Virus record (IMG/VR): IMGVR_UViG_3300046171_000023
Coordinates: 1-51,846 of that record
Strand: one strand, 5' to 3'
Length of the DNA: 51,846 bases
DNA from: a virus
Lineage: Duplodnaviria; Caudoviricetes
Part shown: positions 28,551 through 36,830 of the stretch, in pieces
How positions within the stretch are numbered: the first letter of the stretch is position 1
Layout of the letters: each line of letters begins with the position of its first letter
Program-made: the position numbers and the translations under genes
Notes under the pieces: generated by a model
What the model saw: only the letters and a program-made list of their open reading frames with translations
The model's database searches: none
Told to the model about the DNA's origin: nothing

Positions 28551-29528
28551 AGTATCTCCTTATTAAATAGGTTCTTTTGCACATGAAGATTTTCAAGTAC
28601 AAGTGCTTGAGTTTTGTGAGGTTTTGGGAACAAAAGTTTTATAGATTTCCGAGTCTTCGAGGAAATACTGTAAACACTTGTACTTTAAAATCTTTATGTA
28701 ATTGTAAACCTGTTTAATGGAGATGCATATGATTCTTGTTAGGTACTTAAGCGACTAAGCCCAGAGTTTCCACGATTTATTAGTGCAAGTGTGCAGTATG
28801 GTTTTAGTCGTTAGTGGGATTTATGTTGTGGAACAAAAGCATGGGCTAATGCAAGGATGCTAAACACTTGGAAGGCTTTACAATTGCAGAGTATTTATGG
28901 ATTTGTTTCTTGAAGGAAGGGAAAATGTGAGAAAATCCTTTTGATATAGATGCGTTTGAGAACGACTAGAACTTCAGTTCAGATTTGTTTTGTCGGTGTC
29001 TCGCCATTGGTTATACAAATTACGTTAAGAGTGGTGCTTTAGTTGAACTAGGAAGGTTTTAAAGTAGATTAGAGGTTGTCAATGACATAGTCTTGATAGA
29101 GAAGGAAGACTCTTAAGCACCTTCAAGAAAGATTATTTGGGCATTTAAAATTTAGGCAAATCCCAAAAGTGTATCTTAGCACGATAGATTTGTGTCCAAA
29201 GAACAGAGCTGAGTAATGCCCAAAGAATCCGAAGCCTTCCAAGTGGGAGAGAAACCACAAAGGTCTAAAGTTATACTCCACTCAAATATGATTTATAAGG
29301 TGGGCAGGAGACCATACCCTCTACCCTATATATCTATAGCATGATTATACATTTTCTAGGATAATGGTCATTAACCAGAACTAGTTAACGCCCCGACATT
29401 AAAACTCTAAAGTCTTTGTAGTATTTAAAGGTATTTATTACACCCACAATATAGTCTCTCTACTAGGGAGCCAATAGTTTTGGAGGGGGTGTGTTTTGGT
29501 TATATTGAACCCGGGAGGGCACAATGTT

Positions 29529-29557
29529 AGTATAGCATCTAAATCACGATTTGTCAA
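29529..29557 (-). promoter_or_regulatory. Leftward sigma70 promoter of a back-to-back pair
   Basis: TTGACA-17 nt-TATACT. Confidence 0.8.
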
Positions 29558-29571
29558 TACCTAATTTAAAC

Positions 29572-29600
29572 TTGACAACTTTAAAATTAGAGTGTATACT
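29572..29600 (+). promoter_or_regulatory. Rightward sigma70 promoter of the late arm
   Basis: TTGACA-17 nt-TATACT; ATG begins 7 nt after the -10. Confidence 0.85.
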
Positions 29601-29606
29601 AGATTC

Positions 29607-30035
29607 ATGGCTATATTACCAAGTGTTGATACTACAACAACAAAAAGAGAACTAACAGATAAACAGAAGTCTTTCCTAGAGCACCTAGTTAATACTAGTG
29701 GTGATGCTAAGAAAGCTGCTGAACTTGCTGGTTATTCTTCACATTATCATCATGTTGTAAAGACTTTAAAGTCTGAGATACTAGAACTCACTCAAGAGAT
29801 ACTAGCAAACTCTGCACCTAAAGCAGCTTTTAAACTTGTAGAGATAATGGAATCTAAAAAACCTATAGTACAAGCAGCAAATAAACTTACTGCTGCACAG
29901 ACTTTATTAGATAGAGTTGGTGTTAGTAGAGTAGATAAAGTAGATGTAAATCATAACATGGCTAGTGGTGGTATCTTTTTGATGCCTGATAAAGCTCCTG
30001 TAGTTATAGATGCAGAGGATGCAGAGTATGACTAA
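29607..30035 (+). CDS. terS: Terminase small subunit (probably leaderless)
   Basis: LTDKQKSFL...AKKAAELAGYS HTH pattern; AAQTLLDRVG; first late gene. Confidence 0.75.
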   Translation: MAILPSVDTTTTKRELTDKQKSFLEHLVNTSGDAKKAAELAGYSSHYHHVVKTLKSEILELTQEILANSAPKAAFKLVEIMESKKPIVQAANKLTAAQTLLDRVGVSRVDKVDVNHNMASGGIFLMPDKAPVVIDAEDAEYD

Positions 30036-30204
30036 ACTTTGGATAACTGAACATGTTAATGAAGATGGAGCTGCAATAGGTCCATACATTAAAGCTGATA
30101 CAGTTGCTGAAGCAAATAGAATAGCTATACAATATGGGTTGTTAGTTTTAGGAGAGATTCAAGAACTACAACACGATAACTTTAAAGAAGAGGTAATACA
30201 CTAA
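30028..30204 (+). CDS. Hypothetical protein
   Basis: MTKLWITEH...; overlaps flanking start/stop codons. Confidence 0.7.
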   Translation: MTKLWITEHVNEDGAAIGPYIKADTVAEANRIAIQYGLLVLGEIQELQHDNFKEEVIH

Positions 30205-30491
30205 TGGCTAAAAAGAAAGATTCAAGATTAGCAAAAGCAGGAGTAAGTGGTTATAACAAACCTAAAAGAACTCCAAGTCACAAAACTAAATCACATGTAG
30301 TTGTTGCTAAAGTTGGCGATAAAATTAAAACTATTAGATTTGGACAACAAGGTGTGCGTGGTGCTGGTAAGAATCCAACAACTGCAAAAGACAAAGCTAG
30401 AAAAAAATCTTATTATGCAAGACATAATGCACAAGATTCTAAACCTAGTAAGTTAAGTGCAAGGTATTGGTCACATAAAGTTAAATGGTAA
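30204..30491 (+). CDS. Small basic protein
   Basis: KTIRFGQQG...RKKSYYARH...ARYWSHKVKW. Confidence 0.8.
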   Translation: MAKKKDSRLAKAGVSGYNKPKRTPSHKTKSHVVVAKVGDKIKTIRFGQQGVRGAGKNPTTAKDKARKKSYYARHNAQDSKPSKLSARYWSHKVKW

Positions 30492-30561
30492 AAATGTTTA
30501 ATAAGTTACACAAGTTTATGAAGTGTGGTAGAATAAATAAAGTTTGGAAACTATTTGGCTA

Positions 30562-30981
30562 ATGGCATATTCACAAAAAGTAGTTGATAGGTTTGAAAGT
30601 GTTTTAAACAATCCACAGAAACATTCTGTTGGAAGGTTTGACCCCAAAGACCCTAATGTTGCTACAGGAATAACAGGTGCTCCTGCATGTGGTGATGTTA
30701 TGAAACTACAAATTAAATTAAACAATGATGTTATAGAAGATGTCAAGTTTAAAACATATGGATGTGGAAGTGCTATTGCATCTTCTACTATGTTTGTAGA
30801 AATGTTAAAAGGTAAAACTATAGCAGAAGCTAAACTTATTAAAGATAAAGATATAGCAGAAGCTTTAGAACTACCACCAATCAAACTACATTGTAGTGTA
30901 TTAGCTGAAGATAGTATTAAAGAAGCTATAAAGAATTGGGAAGAAAAAATAGCACACAGGAAACATAATCATTATGGGTAA
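30562..30981 (+). CDS. iscU: Fe-S cluster assembly scaffold IscU
   Basis: MAYSQKVVD, GAPACGDVMKLQI, FKTYGCGSAIASS, LELPPIKLHCSVLAED; all three Cys intact. Confidence 0.93.
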   Translation: MAYSQKVVDRFESVLNNPQKHSVGRFDPKDPNVATGITGAPACGDVMKLQIKLNNDVIEDVKFKTYGCGSAIASSTMFVEMLKGKTIAEAKLIKDKDIAEALELPPIKLHCSVLAEDSIKEAIKNWEEKIAHRKHNHYG

Positions 30982-31156
30982 ACAAATAGGAAGTGATGAA
31001 AAACCCATGGTGTTTAGAAAAAGTATTTATGGTAAAAGCGATGGTGGTAAAGGAGCTAGACCTAGAATAAATATTTTTTCAAAACAATATCAAGATAACT
31101 GGGATAAGATTTTTAATAAAGGAGAAAATAATGCCAAGAAAAAAAACAACGACTAA
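30974..31156 (+). CDS. Hypothetical protein
   Basis: GGKGARPR...YQDNWDKIF. Confidence 0.7.
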   Translation: MGKQIGSDEKPMVFRKSIYGKSDGGKGARPRINIFSKQYQDNWDKIFNKGENNAKKKNND

Positions 31157-31331
31157 AAAGAAAAAGTCAACCGTTAATAAAGCTGGTAATTATACTAAGC
31201 CTACAATGCGTAAGAGGCTTTTCGAGAAAATCAAAGCCGGTTCTAAAGGTGGTAATTCCGGACAATGGTCGGCTCGGAAAGCCCAGATGTTAGCTAAACA
31301 ATATAAAGCTGCAGGTGGTGGCTATAAATAA
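31131..31331 (+). CDS. Small basic protein (DUF5872-like)
   Basis: NYTKPTMRKRL...GQWSARKAQMLAKQYKAAGGGY. Confidence 0.75.
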   Translation: MPRKKTTTKKKKSTVNKAGNYTKPTMRKRLFEKIKAGSKGGNSGQWSARKAQMLAKQYKAAGGGYK

Positions 31332-31642
31332 TGCCAACAAAAAAGAAAGACCCTAAAACAGGAACAGGAAAAAAACCCAAAGGAAGTGGGAGGAGATTAT
31401 ATACAGATGAAAATCCAAAAGATACTATCAGCATTAAATTTAAAACTGCAGCAGATGCTAGAGCAACTGTGGCAAAAGTTAAAAGGATTAAAAAACCTTT
31501 TGCTAGAAAAATTCAAATACTTACAGTTTTGGAACAAAGAGCAAAAGTTGCCGGTAAAACGCAACAAGCGAAAATCGCCAAGCAAGGCAAAGAAGCAATA
31601 AGGAAAAAACATGGCACTAAAAAAGTCTCAAAAAAGTCTTAA
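31331..31642 (+). CDS. Small basic protein
   Basis: GTGKKPKGSGRRLYTDENP; TAATG coupling. Confidence 0.75.
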   Translation: MPTKKKDPKTGTGKKPKGSGRRLYTDENPKDTISIKFKTAADARATVAKVKRIKKPFARKIQILTVLEQRAKVAGKTQQAKIAKQGKEAIRKKHGTKKVSKKS

Positions 31643-31853
31643 GACTTGGACTAAACAAAAGTGGAGAACTGCTAGTGGAAAAAAATCTTCTAAGACTGGT
31701 GAGGTTTATGCTCCTGCTCAAACAATAGCAAAGCTTAAATCCACTGCAGCAGGTCGTAAGAAACTTGCAGCAGCTAATAAAAAGAAAAGAGCAGCTACTA
31801 AAAAAGGTAAGCAACATGCTAAACATGGTTTACATAAAGGTAAAAAAAGATAA
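31611..31853 (+). CDS. Small basic protein
   Basis: SQKSLKTWTKQKWRT...SKTGEVY. Confidence 0.75.
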   Translation: MALKKSQKSLKTWTKQKWRTASGKKSSKTGEVYAPAQTIAKLKSTAAGRKKLAAANKKKRAATKKGKQHAKHGLHKGKKR

Positions 31854-32098
31854 TGAAAGAAGGTTATATAACTAGAGCTTCTTCAACTATACCATTTGGA
31901 TATGAAATAGATGAAGAGTCTAGTTCTTTTTTAAAACCTATAGAGGATGAGTTAAAAATATTAAAAGAAGTATCTGAGGCTGTGTTTCATAATGAAATTA
32001 GTTTGGGTGTAGGAGTAGACTGGTTAGAAGCAGAGACAGGTAAAAGAATGTCTAGACCGGGATTAAAGAAACACGTAGATAAAGTATATGGAAGATAA
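31853..32098 (+). CDS. Small putative DNA-binding protein
   Basis: TIPFGY...WLEAETGKRMSRPGL resembles recombinase-associated HTH modules. Confidence 0.55.
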   Translation: MKEGYITRASSTIPFGYEIDEESSSFLKPIEDELKILKEVSEAVFHNEISLGVGVDWLEAETGKRMSRPGLKKHVDKVYGR

Positions 32099-33725
32099 TT
32101 CTAAAAAGTACTTGACAAACCCAGATGGAAGTTATATACTAAAGAAAGACGGTACACCAAGGCTTAAACCGGGTAGACCAAAGAATTCAGAACTTTCTGA
32201 TATTAAGTTAGCTTTACAAGCAAAGAATAAACTTAATAAAAAAAATAAGAAAGTTAAAAAGCTAACAAGAAATTTAGCTAGAGTCAAGAAAGAACTTGAC
32301 AAAGAAGAGAAAGTTTTAACATCTAATGTTATAACAGAATCAGAAGCAAAAGAGCTTCCTGATGCTATACAACAACATTTAGATACTACTGGTTCTCATG
32401 TGGCTTTTATGCCAAACGAAGGACCACAAACAGACTTTCTAGCTGCAGGTGAGAAAGATGTTCTTTACGGTGGTGCAGCAGGTGGTGGTAAAAGTTTTGC
32501 AATGTTAATAGACCCATTGCGTTACTGTCACATAACAGAGCACAGAGCTTTGATACTTAGAAGGTCTATGCCAGAACTAAGAGAACTTATAGATAAGTCT
32601 CGAGAGCTTTATCCGATAGCTTTTAAAGGTGCTAAGTTTAAAGAAGTAGAAAAGTTATGGCAGTTCCCAAGTGGAGCAAAGATTGAATTTGGGTTCTTGG
32701 AACGAGATGCAGATGTTTATCGTTACCAAGGACAAGCGTACAGTTGGATAGGTTTTGATGAGATAACTCATTTACCTACAGAGTTTGGTTGGAATTATTT
32801 AGCATCAAGACTAAGAACTACTAACCCAGCTATAAAAACTTATTTAAGATGTACAGCTAACCCGGGTGGTGTAGGTGCACATTGGGTTAAAAAGAGATAT
32901 GTAGAACCTTCAGAGTTTAATAAAACTTTTGAAGGTAAAGACGGTCTCTCTAGAAAGTTTATACCAGCATTGTTACAGGATAATCCTCACCTTGCTGAAG
33001 ACGGTGAATACGAAAGGATGCTACAATCCTTACCAGCCATACAACGTAAACAGTTGTTGGAAGGTAACTGGGATATCTCAGAAGGTGCAGCATTTGCAGA
33101 ATTTGAAAAAGACGTACACGTTATTCCACCTTTTGAATTACCGAGTTGGTGGGAAAGAGTTAAAGCAGTAGACTACGGTTATGCTGCAGAAAGTTGCTGT
33201 CTTTGGGCTGCTATCGACCCTGAAGATAAGACCATTATTATATATAGAGAATTATACAAAAAAGGTCTAACAGGAGAAGCACTCGGGGACACCATTACAG
33301 AAATGGAAATGGACGAGATAAAATCCATAGCTGGAGTACTTGATACAGCAGCATGGTCTAGGACAGGCTATACAGGTCCTACGATTGGTGAAATCTTAGT
33401 GAATAAAGGACATAGATTAAGAAGAGCTGATAAAAATAGATTAGCAGGTAAAACTCAAGTACATGAGTACTTAAGAAAGAATAATAATACAGGAAGACCT
33501 AAGTTACAAATATTTAATACATGTGTAAACTTAATAAAAGAAATACAGGCTTTGCCTCTTTCTAAAACAAATCCTGAAGATGTGGATACTCATGCAGCAG
33601 ACCACGCTTATGATGCTTTAAGATATATGTTAATGAGTAGACCTAGAATGGACCATCCTCATGAAAGGATGTTAAGAATAAAAAACGATTTATATAGACC
33701 TGCTGATACAGGCTTTGGATATTAA
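32088..33725 (+). CDS. terL: Terminase large subunit
   Basis: Walker A YGGAAGGGKS, Walker B IGFDE, TANPGG, nuclease VDYG and DHAYDALRY. Confidence 0.95.
   Translation: MEDNSKKYLTNPDGSYILKKDGTPRLKPGRPKNSELSDIKLALQAKNKLNKKNKKVKKLTRNLARVKKELDKEEKVLTSNVITESEAKELPDAIQQHLDTTGSHVAFMPNEGPQTDFLAAGEKDVLYGGAAGGGKSFAMLIDPLRYCHITEHRALILRRSMPELRELIDKSRELYPIAFKGAKFKEVEKLWQFPSGAKIEFGFLERDADVYRYQGQAYSWIGFDEITHLPTEFGWNYLASRLRTTNPAIKTYLRCTANPGGVGAHWVKKRYVEPSEFNKTFEGKDGLSRKFIPALLQDNPHLAEDGEYERMLQSLPAIQRKQLLEGNWDISEGAAFAEFEKDVHVIPPFELPSWWERVKAVDYGYAAESCCLWAAIDPEDKTIIIYRELYKKGLTGEALGDTITEMEMDEIKSIAGVLDTAAWSRTGYTGPTIGEILVNKGHRLRRADKNRLAGKTQVHEYLRKNNNTGRPKLQIFNTCVNLIKEIQALPLSKTNPEDVDTHAADHAYDALRYMLMSRPRMDHPHERMLRIKNDLYRPADTGFGY
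32112..32140 (+). promoter_or_regulatory. Sigma70 promoter inside the 5' end of terL
   Basis: TTGACA-17 nt-TATACT, same hexamers as the 29.5 kb pair. Confidence 0.65.
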
Positions 33726-33727
33726 AA

Positions 33728-35932
33728 ATGGAAGAAACAAATACTTTTTTAAATGCTGATTCTATTTATGAAGAAGTAGACGGAGAAGTTGGAAAAACAT
33801 TAACTCTTCCAGAAGACCAACAAAGAAATCTTATTGGTATTATTAATGATAGATTTGCTGTAGCTGAAGATGCTAGACAAACTGATGAAACTCGTTGGTT
33901 AAAAGCATATGAAAACTATAGAGGTTTATATTCTAAAAATATTAAGTTTAGAGAGTCTGAAAAGTCTAGAGTATTTGTAAAAGTTACTAAAACTAAAGTA
34001 CTAGCAGCTTTTGGACAGCTAGTTGATGTTATCTTTGGTACAGGGAAATTTCCGATAGGAATTTCGGAAACTAAAATACCTGAAGGCGAAACAGACTATG
34101 CATACTTAGACACTTCTAATCCTATACCCGGAATAGAAACATCAGAAGAAATGCCTGATGATATAGGTAATAGAGAAGGCACTAATGTAAATCCATATGA
34201 TGTTGGTTATGAAGGTGATGGTAAAACTTTAAAACCCGGAGCTACATATTATAATGGTATCTTTGAAGATAGTTTAGAAGATAAAGCTGAAAAACTAGGT
34301 ATATTAAAAGACGGAGCTAACCCAGACCCACAAGTTTTAGAAATATCTCCTGCACAAAAAGCTGCAAGAAGAATGGAAAAACTTATCCATGACCAGATTG
34401 AAGAATCTAATGGTAATTCAGAATTAAGAAATGCTTTACTAGAATCAGCTTTATTAGGTACAGGAATTGTTAAAGGACCATTTAATGTAAATAAAAAAGT
34501 ACATAAATGGGATACAGACGAAGAAGGAAATAGAAATTATAATCCACTAGAAGTTAGAGTTCCACGTATTGAGTTTGTTAGTTGCTGGGATTTTTATCCA
34601 GACCCTAATGCTACTACTATGGAAGAATGTGAATATGTAATACATAGACACAAAATGAATCGTAGTCAACTTAGACAACTTCGAAACATGCCATACTTTG
34701 ATGAAGATGCAATACGTAATGCAATTCAAATGGGTGCTAACTATCAAGAAAAAGATTTTGAAAGTCAATTAAAAGATGATTCAAGATATGATGAAGAAGT
34801 AGGTACTAACTTTGAAATCTTAGAGTACTGGGGTATCATGGATGCAGAGTATGCAAGAGAAGTAGGTATTGATTTACCTAAATCTATAGATGACTTAGAT
34901 GAAGTACAAGTAAATGTATGGACATGTGGACATTATATTTTAAGAGCTGTTATTAATCCATTTACTCCTTATAGAATACCGTATCATTCTTTCCCATACG
35001 AAAGAAACCCTTATAACTTTTTTGGTATTGGTGTAGCTGAGAATATGGATGATAGCCAACAGATTATGAATGGTCATGCTAGAATGGCAATAGACAATTT
35101 AGCAATGGCTGGGTCATTAGTATTTGATGTAGATGAATCTGCTTTAGTTGGTGGACAATCAATGGAAATATATCCCGGAAAGATATTCCGTAGACAAGCA
35201 GGAATGCCCGGACAAGCTATACATGGTTTAAAGTTTCCTAATACATCACAAGAAAATCTAATGATGTTTGATAAGTTTAGACAACTTGCAGATGAACAAA
35301 CAGGAATACCTAGTTACTCACACGGACAAACAGGTGTTCAAAGTATGACAAGAACTGCTTCTGGTATGTCAATGTTACTTGGAGCATCAAGTTTAAATAT
35401 TAAAACAGTTATCAAAAATCTTGATGACTTTTTATTAAGACCACTTGGAGAAGCTTATTTCCAATGGAACATGCAATTTCTAGAGGACGAGTTGGATGTT
35501 AAAGGTGATTTAGAAGTTAAAGCTACAGGTACTAATAGCTTGATGCAAAAAGAAGTTAGAAGTCAAAGACTTACTATGTTCTTACAAACTGCTCAGAATC
35601 CTGCTGTTGCTCCTTTTGTTAAGATTTCTAAACTCGTTAGTGAACTTGCTTATAGCTTAGACTTAGACCCTGATGAAATACTCAATGACCCTGAAGAAGC
35701 AGCTATGATGGCACAAATAATAGGAATGCAAAATGCTGGACAAACAAATAGCGAAGAAACTCAACCCACTAGTCAACAGTCCCCAATGGGAGGCGTTCAA
35801 GGAACACCTGAACAACCTCAAGAACTTGGAGTTACAGGCACTGGTGGTGGCAACATCGGAATCGGAAATGTTCCGGTTGCAGGGGAAAGTGAATTCTCTG
35901 GTACGCCTAGAGCAGTTGGACCTACAGGTTAA
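33728..35932 (+). CDS. Portal protein
   Basis: Follows terL; GTGIVK, DFYPDP, FFGIGVAE, RTASGMSML; low-complexity tail. Confidence 0.9.
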   Translation: MEETNTFLNADSIYEEVDGEVGKTLTLPEDQQRNLIGIINDRFAVAEDARQTDETRWLKAYENYRGLYSKNIKFRESEKSRVFVKVTKTKVLAAFGQLVDVIFGTGKFPIGISETKIPEGETDYAYLDTSNPIPGIETSEEMPDDIGNREGTNVNPYDVGYEGDGKTLKPGATYYNGIFEDSLEDKAEKLGILKDGANPDPQVLEISPAQKAARRMEKLIHDQIEESNGNSELRNALLESALLGTGIVKGPFNVNKKVHKWDTDEEGNRNYNPLEVRVPRIEFVSCWDFYPDPNATTMEECEYVIHRHKMNRSQLRQLRNMPYFDEDAIRNAIQMGANYQEKDFESQLKDDSRYDEEVGTNFEILEYWGIMDAEYAREVGIDLPKSIDDLDEVQVNVWTCGHYILRAVINPFTPYRIPYHSFPYERNPYNFFGIGVAENMDDSQQIMNGHARMAIDNLAMAGSLVFDVDESALVGGQSMEIYPGKIFRRQAGMPGQAIHGLKFPNTSQENLMMFDKFRQLADEQTGIPSYSHGQTGVQSMTRTASGMSMLLGASSLNIKTVIKNLDDFLLRPLGEAYFQWNMQFLEDELDVKGDLEVKATGTNSLMQKEVRSQRLTMFLQTAQNPAVAPFVKISKLVSELAYSLDLDPDEILNDPEEAAMMAQIIGMQNAGQTNSEETQPTSQQSPMGGVQGTPEQPQELGVTGTGGGNIGIGNVPVAGESEFSGTPRAVGPTG

Positions 35933-35963
35933 AGAAGCAATTAATAGAAAAGAAGAGGGATAA
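35733..35963 (+). CDS. Small helical head-associated protein overlapping the portal 3' end
   Basis: AGGA upstream; FRLQGKVNSL pattern typical of small post-portal proteins; stop abuts the next ATG. Confidence 0.7.
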   Translation: MLDKQIAKKLNPLVNSPQWEAFKEHLNNLKNLELQALVVATSESEMFRLQGKVNSLVRLEQLDLQVKEAINRKEEG

Positions 35964-36830
35964 ATGGATTATTTAGAAGCATTAAGTAAATTAAATAAGA
36001 AACAAAAAAAAGATATTTTAAATATTATAGCTCAAGACCGTATTGATGAATATGGTGCTGCAGGTAAAGCAGCTAATTTAGGTGATAGAGCTTTTAGTAT
36101 TTTAGGTGGAAGTGGTAATAATATAAGATTAAATCCTACAGAAGAAGAAAAATTTATTAGTTTAACTATGGAAGCATTAAAACCTAAAAGAAAAGGAAGA
36201 GCTAATGGAGGTAATATACTTGAAGATGATAATTCTAGATATGGTATGTTATTAGGTGGTCAATCTAAACTTGACATGAATAATAGTGGTGATTTAGATG
36301 CTGAAGATTTTGAAATGTTAAGAGACCAAAATGCAGAAGGTGGTCCTATGAATATGGATGACCAAATGGTAATGGTAATGACACCTCCAATGAAATCTGA
36401 CGATGACATGGAAAAAGATTATACAAGATTTATAATGGATGAAGCATTAAGTGAAGAAGAAGAAGATATGCTTGTATCCAAACTAGAACAAGATAAAGAA
36501 CTACAAATGTTATTTGATAAAGTAATAGATGTAGCACAAGAATTTGCTGGTTCTGGTCCTGTTGATGGACCGGGAACAGGAGTCTCTGATGATATACCTG
36601 CAAGGTTATCGGATGGAGAATTTGTCTTTACTGCAAAAGCTGTAGAAGAAATCGGAGAAGACGCTTTAATGTCTATGATGAAAGAAGCTGAAGCTGCTGC
36701 AGATGAAAGACAAGGATTTGCTATAGGAGGAATGAATAGGCTAGAAGATGAAATATCAGATGAGGAATCTGATGATGTTTCTGACGATATGCGTAAAGTT
36801 AATCCTAGATTAAATCCAAATGTAAGATAA
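35964..36830 (+). CDS. Acidic head-morphogenesis protein
   Basis: GPGTGVSDDIPARLSDGEFV motif; EF-hand-like DMNNSGDLDAED; lies between portal and scaffold. Confidence 0.6.
   Translation: MDYLEALSKLNKKQKKDILNIIAQDRIDEYGAAGKAANLGDRAFSILGGSGNNIRLNPTEEEKFISLTMEALKPKRKGRANGGNILEDDNSRYGMLLGGQSKLDMNNSGDLDAEDFEMLRDQNAEGGPMNMDDQMVMVMTPPMKSDDDMEKDYTRFIMDEALSEEEEDMLVSKLEQDKELQMLFDKVIDVAQEFAGSGPVDGPGTGVSDDIPARLSDGEFVFTAKAVEEIGEDALMSMMKEAEAAADERQGFAIGGMNRLEDEISDEESDDVSDDMRKVNPRLNPNVR

Larger units (their letters stand above)
27951..29318 (+). repeat. Giant imperfect inverted repeat / fold-back (arms ~650-700 nt, apex ~28655)
   Basis: The reverse complement of 27951-28650 aligns colinearly with 28660-29318; differences are mostly A>G and C>T. 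Confidence 0.95.

Noticed and set aside
28084-29220. Diversity-generating retroelement (TR/VR) or retron
   Set aside because: No reverse transcriptase gene is present; differences are not restricted to adenines and include many indels.
28720-29220. Right arm as a second coding copy of the two genes
   Set aside because: Stops and frameshifts throughout, and the second start codon is altered; no ORF of 60 aa or more.
27951-29318. Fold-back as an amplification/assembly chimera
   Set aside because: Chimeric inversions give near-identical arms; these are ~79% identical even in the best blocks, with many indels and a directional substitution bias.
36271-36300. TTGACA inside the 288-aa gene as a promoter (also 32295)
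   Set aside because: No convincing -10 hexamer at 16-18 nt spacing.
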